Positions 6,599-7,071 of a stretch of DNA of 7,071 bases are shown one piece after another. Both the position numbers and the translations under genes were made by a program. Where the stretch lies: contig NW_021828973.1 in NCBI RefSeq assembly GCF_006345805.1, positions 1 through 7,071 on the forward strand, given 5' to 3'. The DNA is from Octopus sinensis (lineage: Eukaryota). The notes under the pieces were generated by a model. It had not been told where the DNA came from. It searched no databases and saw only the letters and a list, made by a program, of their open reading frames with translations. Numbering within the stretch: the first letter of the stretch is position 1; every line of letters begins with the position of its first letter.

Positions 6599-6838
6599 TA
6601 TTTTCTTTTTTTTTATTGCCCACAAGGGGTTAAACACAGAGGGGACAAACAAGGACAGACATAGGTATTAAGTCGATTACATCGACCCCAGTGCGTAACT
6701 GGTACTTAATTTATCAACCCCGAAAGGATGAAAGGCAAAGTCGACCTCGGCGGAATTTGAACTCAGAACGTAACGGCAGACGAAATACGGCTACGCATTT
6801 CGCCCAGCGTGCTAACAGTTCTGCCAGCTCGCCGCCTT
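6599..6838 (-). mobile_element. Full-length tRNA-derived SINE
   Basis: Minus strand begins AAGGCGGCGAGC, with A-box TGGCAGAACTG (6826-6816) and B-box AGTTCAAATTCC (6763-6752). The central GCCTTTCATCCTTTCGGGGT..ATAAATTAAGTACC resembles conserved metazoan SINE body domains (exact superfamily not assigned). A-rich tail. Confidence 0.9.
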
Positions 6839-6919
6839 ACCTCAGTCAAACCGTCCAACCATGCCAGTTTGGAAAACAGATGTTAAACGATGATGATGAT
6901 GATGATATACACTATACAT

Positions 6920-6970
6920 ATTGTTGTGGTGCACCTGAGCACTGTATACAATAATTTCATTATTATTATT
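6920..6970 (+). mobile_element. Possible short retroposon 3' remnant ending in (ATT)n
   Basis: Unique GTGGTGCACCTGAGCACTGTATACAATAATTTC followed by (ATT)4, with a small GTGC/GCAC stem. Too short to classify. Confidence 0.3.
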
Positions 6971-7002
6971 ATATATATACACACTATGCATTTACACATG
7001 TG

Positions 7003-7071
7003 AAGGCGCATGGCTCAGTGGTTAGAGCGTCGAGCTTATGATCGTGAGGTTGTGAGCTCGAATCCTGGACC
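7003..7071 (+). mobile_element. 5' head of another tRNA-derived SINE (runs off the window)
   Basis: A-box TGGCTCAGTGG (7011-7021), D-arm GCTC/GAGC and degenerate B-box AGCTCGAATCC (7055-7065). The acceptor and anticodon stems do not pair properly. Confidence 0.8.

Larger units (their letters stand above)
6229..6906 (+). mobile_element. Second copy of the RTE 3' module, interrupted by SINEs (pieces 6229-6437 and 6839-6906)
   Basis: Colinear with the end of the first LINE: one to two decayed 65-bp units, TAGGAAGGGCATCCAGCTGTAGAA, AGACTGGAGCCTGGTGCAGCCT, AACCGTCCAACC and GTTAAAC(GAT)6. TSD ACCTCAGTCAAACC at 6424-6437 and 6839-6852. Confidence 0.9.

Noticed and set aside
7005-7071. Functional tRNA gene
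   Set aside because: The T-loop reads GCTCGA instead of GTTCGA, and the acceptor and anticodon stems are unpaired. It fits a SINE head.

Overview
Repeat-saturated eukaryotic intronic or intergenic DNA with no intact host gene. From recalled SINE/LINE motifs and the dense (TA)/(CA)/(GATA)/(ACC) microsatellites I infer an octopus or other coleoid cephalopod genome; this is not database-verified. The main element is a 5'-truncated RTE-type non-LTR retrotransposon (854-2542, +). Its frameshifted ORF2 carries a complete C4HC3 PHD-type finger inside the reverse transcriptase, between the NLAKTKV and FRYLG motifs. The 3' UTR is modular: a triplicated ORF-end, four ~65-bp hairpin-forming units, a terminal stem-loop and a (GAT)n tail. 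A second copy of this 3' module (6229-6906) is split by a head-to-tail SINE pair bounded by a perfect 14-bp TSD. Other contents are several tRNA-derived SINE pieces, a ~160-bp minisatellite built from a SINE 3' end (4113-4616) abutting a possible small exon (to 4700), two G-quadruplex motifs and long simple repeats. Nearly all ORFs in the supplied track are simple-repeat artefacts.
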